Of a stretch of 37,513 nt of DNA, positions 9,268-16,946 are shown one piece after another. The notes beneath the pieces are model-generated. The model was given only the letters and a program-made list of their open reading frames with translations, was not told where the DNA came from and searched no databases. The translations under genes and the position numbers were made by a program. Origin of the DNA: a virus. Taxonomy: Duplodnaviria; Heunggongvirae; Uroviricota; Caudoviricetes. Position 1 is the first letter of the stretch. Each line of letters begins with the position of its first letter. The stretch lies in IMG/VR virus record IMGVR_UViG_2724679239_000004, one strand, 5' to 3'.

Positions 9268-9653
9268 CGCAGGATTTGTTTGGCGACTTTCAGGATGACA
9301 GTATCCTGGCTCATCTTGACAATGAATCCGGGGATACGTCACGATTTCCGGCACTGCTGGCGGAACTGAACGATGTGCTGCGTCAGGAACTGTCCCGGCT
9401 GGGCGTTGAACCTGCGCACTCTCTGGAGATTGTTGTGGCTATCTGTAAACATCTTGGCGGTGGTCAGGTCTATATTCCTCGTGGGCAGGTGCTGGATTCA
9501 CTGGTTCGGGATTTACGAATCTGGAATGATTTTAACGGGCGCAATGTTCACGAACTGGCAATTCGTTATGGTGTGACGTTTAACACTGTCTATAAAGCCA
9601 TCCGACGAATGCGGCGTATAAAGTATCGTCAGTATCAACCCCCTCTGTTTTAA
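9264..9653 (+). CDS. mor: Mor, middle-operon transcription activator (Mor/C family)
   Basis: 129 aa; close to recalled Mu Mor (DLFGDFQDDSILAHLDN...VYIPRGQVLDSLVRDLRIWNDFNGRN...). Confidence 0.85.
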   Translation: MTQDLFGDFQDDSILAHLDNESGDTSRFPALLAELNDVLRQELSRLGVEPAHSLEIVVAICKHLGGGQVYIPRGQVLDSLVRDLRIWNDFNGRNVHELAIRYGVTFNTVYKAIRRMRRIKYRQYQPPLF

Positions 9654-9657
9654 ACAG

Positions 9658-9685
9658 TAAAGCCGGTTAATCCGGCTTTTTTTGC
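9658..9685 (+). terminator. intrinsic terminator at the end of the early operon
   Basis: AAAGCCGG-TTAAT-CCGGCTTT stem-loop followed by TTTTTTT, directly after the mor stop. Confidence 0.7.
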
Positions 9686-9735
9686 GCCCTCAATATTCTG
9701 TTGTGACGATAAAACGTTCATTACAGGAGGGCAAC

Positions 9736-10296
9736 ATGCCTGAGTTTTCCCCTGCATTCCTTCATTCGCTGAATTTTGTTATACGGCCTGATGTTGAAGG
9801 TGGTTACGTTAATGATCCCACTGACCGTGGCGGCGAAACCAAATACGGCATTTCTGACCGTCGCGACGGCGTTATTGATGGCAAAACCGATGTTAACGGT
9901 GACGGGAAGCCTGATACCCGTATTAAAGATTTAACCCACGAGCAGGCGGCGCAAATCTACTGGCGTGATTACTGGCTGGCAGCAAAGTGTAACGAATGGC
10001 CTGATGGTGTTTCTTTATTCGTCTTTGATGCTGCCGTTCAGCACGGTGTTAAACGCGCAATTCAAATCCTCCAGGCGGCAGCAGGTGTTGATGATGATGG
10101 CATCGTCGGCAAAAACACCCGCGCAGCCGTTCTGCGTGCCGACACTGACTGGCTGCTGTTGCAGTGTTTCCTGCGTCGTTCCCGCTATTACGCAGGGATT
10201 ATCAAATCCAGTGCCTCGCAGGGGAAATATCTGAACGGCTGGTTTAACCGTCTGGATCTGCTCGCCAGCGCCTGCCGGGAGGTTCTGCATGGGTAA
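9736..10296 (+). CDS. GH108-family muramidase with C-terminal peptidoglycan-binding region
   Basis: ATG 9736 with SD CAGGAGGG; EGGYVNDPTDRGGETKYGIS is the GH108 signature; an Asp/Gly-rich insertion (DGVIDGKTDVNGDGKPD) follows it. Confidence 0.55.
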   Translation: MPEFSPAFLHSLNFVIRPDVEGGYVNDPTDRGGETKYGISDRRDGVIDGKTDVNGDGKPDTRIKDLTHEQAAQIYWRDYWLAAKCNEWPDGVSLFVFDAAVQHGVKRAIQILQAAAGVDDDGIVGKNTRAAVLRADTDWLLLQCFLRRSRYYAGIIKSSASQGKYLNGWFNRLDLLASACREVLHG

Positions 10297-10507
10297 AGGG
10301 TGGGATGCGTCCTTTCGGTTTGGCAGACGCGAACGTTTACGACAGGAGGTGTTGCATCGGGAGGCCGGAGGTCCATCACCAAAGCCAATGGATTACACAG
10401 GGCACGATGGCACCCACGGGAGCTATTACATGAAAGGCTGGCAGTCAGTCGATATGCCAGAAATTATTCACCACTGCCAGCGTTACAGGGAAAAGCATCA
10501 TGTTTAA
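10289..10507 (+). CDS. hypothetical small protein, translationally coupled
   Basis: 72 aa; start overlaps the GH108 stop and its own stop overlaps the next start (ATGTTTAA). Confidence 0.45.
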   Translation: MGKGWDASFRFGRRERLRQEVLHREAGGPSPKPMDYTGHDGTHGSYYMKGWQSVDMPEIIHHCQRYREKHHV

Positions 10508-10880
10508 GCGTTTCTGTTATTTGTTACCAAATTGTCTGCCGGTCATGTTGCTGGCGCTGATCCTGATTATCAGCGTGTTTTATGGTTTGCGGGCGGTGCT
10601 GTTCTGGAATGCTGCCGTTTTCAGTGTGGCGCTGTGCTTTACCGGCACTATTTTTGATGATCTGTCCCGGACAGGAAAAATCCGACGTTATGCTTCTATT
10701 AATGCCATTGATTTTCTTGGTGGCCTCGTCGGGTTAAGTCTTTCGGCTATTGCAACCGGGCTTTTAGAAGAAGCGCATCAGTTCACGATTTATGCTTTAT
10801 CTGGCTTCTGTAGCATATGGTTTTGCTTTCGCCTCCATATCTGTCTGCGACGTTCAGTACCGTCTGGCGCGGAGGCATGA
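10500..10880 (+). CDS. multi-pass membrane protein, holin-like
   Basis: 126 aa with about four hydrophobic helices; located in the lysis block. Confidence 0.5.
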   Translation: MFKRFCYLLPNCLPVMLLALILIISVFYGLRAVLFWNAAVFSVALCFTGTIFDDLSRTGKIRRYASINAIDFLGGLVGLSLSAIATGLLEEAHQFTIYALSGFCSIWFCFRLHICLRRSVPSGAEA

Positions 10881-11002
10881 TGTACAGAAGATTCAGTAAT
10901 GAATGTTCCGGCATGGCTACGTTGCTGATGGTGATGAAGGGTATCACAGTTATTGCACTGCTTGCCGTAGTCACGGGGATCTGTCTGTTAGTTTTTCGCT
11001 GA
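10877..11002 (+). CDS. small single-pass membrane peptide
   Basis: 41 aa from ATG 10877 (ATGA overlap with the upstream stop); ITVIALLAVVTGICLLVF transmembrane segment. Confidence 0.4.
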   Translation: MMYRRFSNECSGMATLLMVMKGITVIALLAVVTGICLLVFR

Positions 11003-11012
11003 TGGGGGCAAA

Positions 11013-11423
11013 ATGACAAATCAGCAGGATTTATTTGAACATGATCCGGCTGTAAGCCAGTTAATGGATCATATCGACAATATACCGGCTCCTGAGCAGG
11101 AGGCCCGCTGGCCCCGCGCGCTGGTTGAGCTGGTTGACGTTCTGGAAACAGAACTGAAACGTCAGGGCGTGGATGATGCACGGAGCATAGCCCGTAAACA
11201 GGTGATGTCCTTATCATGGTTCCTGGGGGGACGGCAGTATTACATCCCCCGGGGTGATGCACTTCTGGCAGCGTTGCGGGATGATCTGATTTACTGCCAG
11301 TTTAACGGTCGGAACATAGAGGAGCTGCGGCGTGAACATCGTCTGTCACAACCGCAGATTTACAAGATTATTGCCCGGCAGAGAAAACTTCATTCACGGC
11401 GACATCAGCCCGATTTATTCTGA
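11013..11423 (+). CDS. C: C, late-gene transcription activator (Mor/C family)
   Basis: 136 aa, paralogous to the mor product in this window (YYIPRGDALLAALRDDLIYCQFNGRN vs VYIPRGQVLDSLVRDLRIWNDFNGRN). Confidence 0.8.
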   Translation: MTNQQDLFEHDPAVSQLMDHIDNIPAPEQEARWPRALVELVDVLETELKRQGVDDARSIARKQVMSLSWFLGGRQYYIPRGDALLAALRDDLIYCQFNGRNIEELRREHRLSQPQIYKIIARQRKLHSRRHQPDLF

Positions 11424-11496
11424 GTAACAGCAATCAACCGGTGCAGGCCGGTTGTGTTAATTAATAATAACCCCGCCTGCAAATTCCCCTGAGTTA

Positions 11497-11521
11497 CCCT
11501 CCTTTTATTACCGAAGGAGGG
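11497..11521 (+). promoter_or_regulatory. stem-loop sequestering the Shine-Dalgarno of the downstream lys-like gene
   Basis: CCCTCCTT-ttattaccg-AAGGAGGG, perfect 8-bp stem; the 3' arm is the SD 5 nt upstream of ATG 11526. Confidence 0.4.
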
Positions 11522-11525
11522 TTTC

Positions 11526-11954
11526 ATGAACGATTTTAAAAAACGTCTCCCCCGCATCATCAGAACGCTTGCCATCGTGGTACTGGCGGCATGTGGTGGC
11601 TGGCAGTTGTCCGGCGATGGTGATTCATCGCTGACTTCTGTTCAGTACCTTCCATACACAGATCAGCACGGCGAACTGACAGTTTGCCTTAACCATCACG
11701 GTCCTGATATTCAGCAACGCCCTTACAGCTATGGTGAATGCATCATGCTGTTGAAAGCAGATTTGAAGCCTGTTTATGACACGTTAAATACCCATCTAAA
11801 CAGGCCACTGACAGAGGAACAAAAAAATGCACTGGCGGTGTTTATGTTCAGCGCCGGTTCTGGTGCTGTGCCCGCTCCCCGTAATAATCAGCTGCTGAAT
11901 GATGATGTGTTACCGGTGCCGGGATTAATGCCGGGTATGTCGTCAGGGCTGTAA
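11526..11954 (+). CDS. endolysin-like protein (GH24-like motifs) with hydrophobic N-terminus
   Basis: 142 aa; PYTDQHGELTVCLNHHG and TEEQKNALAVFMFSAGSGAV resemble T4-lysozyme-family motifs; N-terminus IIRTLAIVVLAACGG is SAR- or lipobox-like. Shorter than typical GH24 enzymes. Confidence 0.45.
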   Translation: MNDFKKRLPRIIRTLAIVVLAACGGWQLSGDGDSSLTSVQYLPYTDQHGELTVCLNHHGPDIQQRPYSYGECIMLLKADLKPVYDTLNTHLNRPLTEEQKNALAVFMFSAGSGAVPAPRNNQLLNDDVLPVPGLMPGMSSGL

Positions 11955-11966
11955 ACAGGAGAGCGT

Positions 11967-12266
11967 GTGGATATTTATTCAGTGCTGACCTACTCGATAG
12001 GCAGTGGCAGCACCATTGGTGGCATTTTGTGGTGGGCGGTGAGGCGTACATTTGCCAGCACGGAACGTGTGGAGCAAATCGAAAGCCGTTTAACCGCGCT
12101 TGAAACGAAGTGCGAAAACATGCCCAGTGCACAGGATTTACATGCTGTCCGGTTACAGACTGCAGAAACCAATGGTGAAGTGAAAGCGATGAACCGGCAC
12201 ATACAGGTGCTGACCCATCAACTGGAGCTTTTGCTCGAAAAGGCGCTCGGAGAGAACAACAAATGA
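11967..12266 (+). CDS. membrane-anchored coiled-coil protein (spanin- or releasin-like)
   Basis: GTG start with SD AGGAG; N-terminal hydrophobic helix then a heptad-rich region; 99 aa. Confidence 0.45.
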   Translation: MDIYSVLTYSIGSGSTIGGILWWAVRRTFASTERVEQIESRLTALETKCENMPSAQDLHAVRLQTAETNGEVKAMNRHIQVLTHQLELLLEKALGENNK

Positions 12267-12553
12267 TTGACGACATTCTGACGCAGGATCGCCGCCTGGT
12301 CATCCTGCGTTCACTGATGGACTGCAATAACGAGGCTAACGAATCCATTTTGCAGGATTGCCTGGATGCTTACGGGCATAACGTTTCACGTGATGTGGTT
12401 CGTGGTCAGATTGACTGGCTGGCAGAACAGCAGCTTGTCACCGTGGAAAACCTGCGCGGCTTTTATGTCGTGACGCTGACCTCCCGTGGTCAGGATGTGG
12501 CTGAAGGCCGGGCTCGTGTTTCCGGTGTCAAACGTCCACGTCCCCGCTTCTGA
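12263..12553 (+). CDS. hypothetical late protein (gp26-position)
   Basis: 96-aa ORF overlapping the upstream stop. Confidence 0.45.
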   Translation: MIDDILTQDRRLVILRSLMDCNNEANESILQDCLDAYGHNVSRDVVRGQIDWLAEQQLVTVENLRGFYVVTLTSRGQDVAEGRARVSGVKRPRPRF

Positions 12554-12561
12554 ACGGAGGC

Positions 12562-13140
12562 ATGATGGACAGGAAAACACGGGGACGGGCTTCAAAAGTG
12601 GATTTACTGCCGGAAAACGTGCGCAAAACACTGCATGAAATGCTGCGTGACAAGGCGATCCCACAGGCCCGCATTCTGGAAGAAATTAACGCCCTGATTG
12701 AAGACGCCGGACTGCCTGATGACATGAAACTCTCCCGTTCCGGCCTGAACCGTTACGCGACAAACGTCGAACAGGTAGGCCATAACCTGCGACAGATGCG
12801 TGAAATGACGTCAGCACTGACCGCAGAACTTGGCGACAAACCAATGGGGGAAACCACAAAGCTGATTCTGGAAATGGCCCGCAGCCAGCTTTTTAAAGCC
12901 ATGATGCGGCAAATCGAAAAACCGGAAGATGACGTGGATATTGAACTGCTGAAAAACGCCATGCTGGCAGCACAGCGTCTGGAATCCACGGCAATGTCCA
13001 GCCACCGACGCGAGAAAGAGATCCGCCAGGCGTTTGCAGAAGAAGCGGCAAACGCCGTCAGTGAAGAACTGCGCGGGCAGGATGGTATCAGCGAAGAACT
13101 GGAGCAGCGTATCCGTGATGTGTTGCTGGGTAAAGCGTAG
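12562..13140 (+). CDS. DUF3486 protein (Mu gp27-like, putative small terminase subunit)
   Basis: 192 aa; N-terminal SKVDLLPENVRKTLHEML resembles the DUF3486 signature; precedes the large terminase. Confidence 0.55.
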   Translation: MMDRKTRGRASKVDLLPENVRKTLHEMLRDKAIPQARILEEINALIEDAGLPDDMKLSRSGLNRYATNVEQVGHNLRQMREMTSALTAELGDKPMGETTKLILEMARSQLFKAMMRQIEKPEDDVDIELLKNAMLAAQRLESTAMSSHRREKEIRQAFAEEAANAVSEELRGQDGISEELEQRIRDVLLGKA

Positions 13141-13167
13141 GAGTTACGTTATGAAAAATGATTACAA

Positions 13168-13186
13168 GGCGCTGCTAATCAGCGCC
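13168..13186. terminator. hairpin between convergent gp27-like gene and the minus-strand ORF
   Basis: GGCGCTG-CTAAT-CAGCGCC; on the minus strand it is followed by TTGTAATCATTTTT. Confidence 0.4.
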
Positions 13187-13199
13187 CATCGAAAGGCTT

Positions 13200-13688
13200 T
13201 TACTGTAGCCGGGTGTTTAGATACTCAAACGGTGATTCAATGTCAAGCTGTGATTCACCGAGCACTTTATATGGGAGCTTCATTGCGTAATACAAATAAG
13301 CTACTGCAAATTTTGTTTGTGCCGACTGAGAAAGTCCGACAGGGATGTGCATAAGTTCGGTGTTATTGGCGAGTGCATTAGTTACGCAGAGAATAGTTGC
13401 TTGATTATGGCGTTCCAGAAGAACACGCCAGACAACTAACGGAATTTCTGACCAGTCATCATCCTTCATCAGAAAATCCTCAATGGCATTATCTGCATCT
13501 TTTTCAAATTGTTTTCGGTAACTAATCGTTCTGATTTGCTCTATGCGTGGTGTGAATCGCTCATTCAGGGGCCAAAGGCGTTCGAGTGTTTCCCATCCGT
13601 TTATTGAGACAAATTGAACAGTATCCATAGATTGCTTTAATTCTGTTTCACAAAATATTTCAAGTAGTTTTATTGCTTTTGGTGACAT
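13200..13688 (-). CDS. AT-rich leftward moron ORF between the terminase genes, function unknown
   Basis: 162-aa minus-strand ORF filling an approx. 550-bp stretch with no convincing plus-strand gene; SD GAGGG 6 nt upstream of its ATG; visibly lower GC and AT-rich codons than the flanking late genes. Confidence 0.55.
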   Translation of the reverse strand: MSPKAIKLLEIFCETELKQSMDTVQFVSINGWETLERLWPLNERFTPRIEQIRTISYRKQFEKDADNAIEDFLMKDDDWSEIPLVVWRVLLERHNQATILCVTNALANNTELMHIPVGLSQSAQTKFAVAYLYYAMKLPYKVLGESQLDIESPFEYLNTRLQ

Positions 13689-15408
13689 GACGTTCCCTCA
13701 GGTATTTAAAGAAAACCGAAGTATTATGGCTGAAAAAATAATGAGGTATGAAAAAAATAGCCGGGGCAAAAAGCTGATTCCGTCAAGTGAACCCCGCCAG
13801 ATTGATCTTCAGGAAGAAGCAACCAAACTTGGTGTCGAGATCGTTACAGACATCACTAACGCCCAACCATCTAATGAACCGGTTTTTCTGGGCTATCAGC
13901 GCCGCTGGTTTGAGGATGAAAGCCAGATTTGTATTGCTGAAAAATCCCGTCGTACCGGTCTGACATGGGCCGAAGCGGGCCGCAATGTCATGACGGCCGC
14001 AAAGCCGCGTCGCCGTGGTGGTCGCAACGTCTTTTATGTGGGTTCCCGTCAGGAAATGGCGCTGGAATACATCGCCGCCTGTGCCCTGTTTGCCCGCGCC
14101 TTTAACCAGCTGGCAAAGGCTGACGTCTGGGAGCAGACCTTCTGGGACAGCGACAAAAAAGAAGAAATCCTCACCTACATGATCCGCTTTCCGAATAGTG
14201 GATTTAAGGTGCAGGCGCTTTCAAGCCGCCCGTCTAACCTGCGTGGTTTACAGGGGGATGTGGTGATTGATGAAGCGGCATTTCATGAAGCCCTGGATGA
14301 ACTCCTGAAAGCGGCCTTTGCGCTCACCATGTGGGGTGCACGCGTGCGGATCATATCGACACATAACGGCGTCGATAACCTGTTTAACCAGTACATTCAG
14401 GATGCGCGTGAGGGGCGCAAGGATTACAGCGTTCACCGTATCACGCTGGACGATGCCATCGCTGACGGGCTGTACCGGCGTATCTGTTATGTTACGAATC
14501 AACCGTGGTCGCCGGAAGCGGAGAAAGCCTGGCGTGATGGCCTGTACCGGAACGCGCCGAACAAAGAGAGCGCCGACGAGGAATACGGCTGTATTCCCAA
14601 AAAATCCGGTGGCGCTTACCTGTCCCGTGTCCTGATTGAAGCTGCCATGACACCCGCGCGGGATATCCCGGTTCTGCGTTTTGAAGCCCCGGACGATTTT
14701 GAATCGCTGACACCGCAGATGCGCCACGGTATCGTTCAGGGCTGGTGTGAACAGGAGCTGCTCCCGTTGCTCGATGCGCTGTCGCCGCTCAATAAACACG
14801 TACTGGGCGAAGACTTTGCACGCCGTGGCGACCTGACGGTGTTTGTGCCGCTTGCCATCACTCCAGACTTACGCAAACGCGAATGTTTCCGCGTGGAGCT
14901 GCGTAATGTGACCTATGACCAGCAGCGACAAATCCTTTTATTCATTCTGTCCCGTTTACCCCGTTTTACCGGCGCTGCATTTGATGCCACCGGTAACGGC
15001 GGTTATCTGGCAGAAGCCGCCCGTCTGATTTATGGCCCGGAGATGATCGACTGTGTGAATCTGACCGCATCCTGGTATCAGGAGTGGATGCCAAAACTGA
15101 AAGGCGAGTTTGAAGCGCAGAACATCACGATTGCCCGGCACCAGACCACACTTGATGACCTGCTCCACATCAAAGTAGACAAAGGTATTCCGCAGATTGA
15201 TAAGGGGCGCACAAAAGATGAAGGCGGTAAAGGCCGACGACATGGCGACTTTGCCGTGGCGCTCTGTATGGCTGTCAGGGCGTCTTATATGAATGGTTTT
15301 GTTATCGACGAGGACAGCATACAGGCGCTGCCACCACGCCACCGTGGTGATGATGTTGATAACGATGGTTTTGATGATTATCACCAGTTTGAACGAGGGG
15401 GCTGGTAA
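13687..15408 (+). CDS. large terminase subunit (Mu gp28-like)
   Basis: 573-aa ORF at the head of the packaging/head block, directly upstream of the portal. Start uncertain (13687, 13726 or 13740). Confidence 0.75.
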   Translation: MTFPQVFKENRSIMAEKIMRYEKNSRGKKLIPSSEPRQIDLQEEATKLGVEIVTDITNAQPSNEPVFLGYQRRWFEDESQICIAEKSRRTGLTWAEAGRNVMTAAKPRRRGGRNVFYVGSRQEMALEYIAACALFARAFNQLAKADVWEQTFWDSDKKEEILTYMIRFPNSGFKVQALSSRPSNLRGLQGDVVIDEAAFHEALDELLKAAFALTMWGARVRIISTHNGVDNLFNQYIQDAREGRKDYSVHRITLDDAIADGLYRRICYVTNQPWSPEAEKAWRDGLYRNAPNKESADEEYGCIPKKSGGAYLSRVLIEAAMTPARDIPVLRFEAPDDFESLTPQMRHGIVQGWCEQELLPLLDALSPLNKHVLGEDFARRGDLTVFVPLAITPDLRKRECFRVELRNVTYDQQRQILLFILSRLPRFTGAAFDATGNGGYLAEAARLIYGPEMIDCVNLTASWYQEWMPKLKGEFEAQNITIARHQTTLDDLLHIKVDKGIPQIDKGRTKDEGGKGRRHGDFAVALCMAVRASYMNGFVIDEDSIQALPPRHRGDDVDNDGFDDYHQFERGGW

Positions 15409-16946
15409 TGGGCCGTATTCTGGATATTTCCGGGCAGCCGTTTGATTTTGACGATGAAATGCAGACCCGCAGCGATGAGCTGGCAATGGTCATGAAGCGC
15501 ACGCAGGAGCATCCCTCCAGTGGCGTGACGCCGAACCGGGCCGCGCAGATGCTGCGTGATGCCGAACGCGGTGATCTTACAGCACAGGCTGACCTGGCCT
15601 TTGATATGGAAGAAAAGGACACCCACCTTTTTTCCGAACTGAGCAAACGCCGCCTTGCCATTCAGGCGCTGGAATGGCGCATCGCTCCGGCACGTGATGC
15701 CAGCGCACAGGAGAAAAAAGACGCCGACATGCTGAATGAATATCTGCATGATGCGGCGTGGTTTGAAGATGCCCTGTTTGATGCCGGTGATGCCATTCTC
15801 AAGGGTTATTCCATGCAGGAGATTGAATGGGGCTGGCTGGGAAAAATGCGCGTGCCGGTGGCGCTGCATCATCGCGATCCGGCGCTGTTCTGCGCGAACC
15901 CAGACAATCTGAACGAATTACGTCTGCGTGATACGTCTTATCACGGGCTGGAGCTGCAACCGTTCGGCTGGTTTATGCACCGGGCCAAATCCCGCACCGG
16001 GTACGTTGGTACCAATGGCCTTGTGCGCACGCTTATCTGGCCTTTTATTTTTAAAAACTATTCCGTGCGTGATTTTGCGGAGTTCCTGGAAATTTACGGA
16101 CTCCCTATGCGCGTCGGTAAATATCCGACCGGCTCCACGAACCGCGAGAAAGCCACGCTGATGCAGGCCGTGATGGATATCGGGCGACGTGCCGGTGGCA
16201 TTATTCCGATGGGGATGACGCTGGATTTTCAGAGCGCCGCAGATGGTCAGTCAGACCCCTTTATGGCGATGATTGGCTGGGCAGAAAAAGCGATTTCAAA
16301 AGCCATTCTGGGCGGCACCCTGACCACAGAGGCCGGAGATAAAGGTGCGCGATCGCTGGGTGAAGTGCATGACGAGGTTCGCCGGGAAATCCGTAACGCG
16401 GATGTGGGCCAGCTTGCCCGCAGTATTAACCGTGACCTGATTTATCCCCTGCTGGCACTGAACAGTAACAGCACCATTGATATTAACCGCCTGCCGGGCA
16501 TTGTATTTGATACCAGTGAAGCGGGTGATATTACGGCACTGTCTGACGCCATTCCGAAACTGGCGGCAGGAATGCGTATTCCGGTCTCCTGGATACAGGA
16601 AAAACTTCATATTCCACAGCCGGTCGGTGATGAGGCCGTGTTTACTGTACAACCGGTTGTCCCGGATAACGGTTCGCAGAAAGAGGCTGCATTATCCGCT
16701 GATGATATCCCGCAGAAGGATGATATCGACCGGATGGGCGTTTCACCGGAAGACTGGCAGCGTTCGGTTGATCCCCTGCTGAAACCCGTCATTCTTTCTG
16801 TGCTGAAAGATGGCCCGGAAGCCGCCATGAACAAAGCCGCTTCATTATATCCGCAGATGGATGATGCAGAACTTATCGACATGCTGACCCGTGCCATTTT
16901 TGTTGCCGATATATGGGGGCGTCTGGATGCCGCAGCAGACCATTGA
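15408..16946 (+). CDS. portal protein (Mu gp29-like, DUF935)
   Basis: 512 aa; start overlaps the terminase stop (TAATG); position and size. Confidence 0.75.
   Translation: MGRILDISGQPFDFDDEMQTRSDELAMVMKRTQEHPSSGVTPNRAAQMLRDAERGDLTAQADLAFDMEEKDTHLFSELSKRRLAIQALEWRIAPARDASAQEKKDADMLNEYLHDAAWFEDALFDAGDAILKGYSMQEIEWGWLGKMRVPVALHHRDPALFCANPDNLNELRLRDTSYHGLELQPFGWFMHRAKSRTGYVGTNGLVRTLIWPFIFKNYSVRDFAEFLEIYGLPMRVGKYPTGSTNREKATLMQAVMDIGRRAGGIIPMGMTLDFQSAADGQSDPFMAMIGWAEKAISKAILGGTLTTEAGDKGARSLGEVHDEVRREIRNADVGQLARSINRDLIYPLLALNSNSTIDINRLPGIVFDTSEAGDITALSDAIPKLAAGMRIPVSWIQEKLHIPQPVGDEAVFTVQPVVPDNGSQKEAALSADDIPQKDDIDRMGVSPEDWQRSVDPLLKPVILSVLKDGPEAAMNKAASLYPQMDDAELIDMLTRAIFVADIWGRLDAAADH

Noticed and set aside
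9682-9735. Upstream start (9682) for the GH108 gene given by the ORF track
   Set aside because: That start lies inside the early-operon terminator hairpin and lacks an SD; ATG 9736 with CAGGAGGG is preferred.
10783-11262. 159-aa minus-strand ORF
   Set aside because: Antisense to the small membrane gene and C; the plus-strand genes have SDs and coupling, this one does not.
11952-11969. Read-through fusion of the lys-like gene with the downstream ORF (same frame)
   Set aside because: The downstream ORF has its own SD and a typical N-terminal membrane anchor; kept as separate genes, though a sequencing error is flagged in the findings.
13034-13354. 106-aa plus-strand ORF
   Set aside because: Runs from inside the gp27-like gene across the hairpin into the minus-strand moron; no SD; the minus-strand reading is better supported.
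14248-15872. Several minus-strand ORFs of 119-183 aa (14248-14799, 14956-15486, 15302-15661, 15381-15872)
   Set aside because: All lie antisense within the terminase and portal genes; shadow ORFs.
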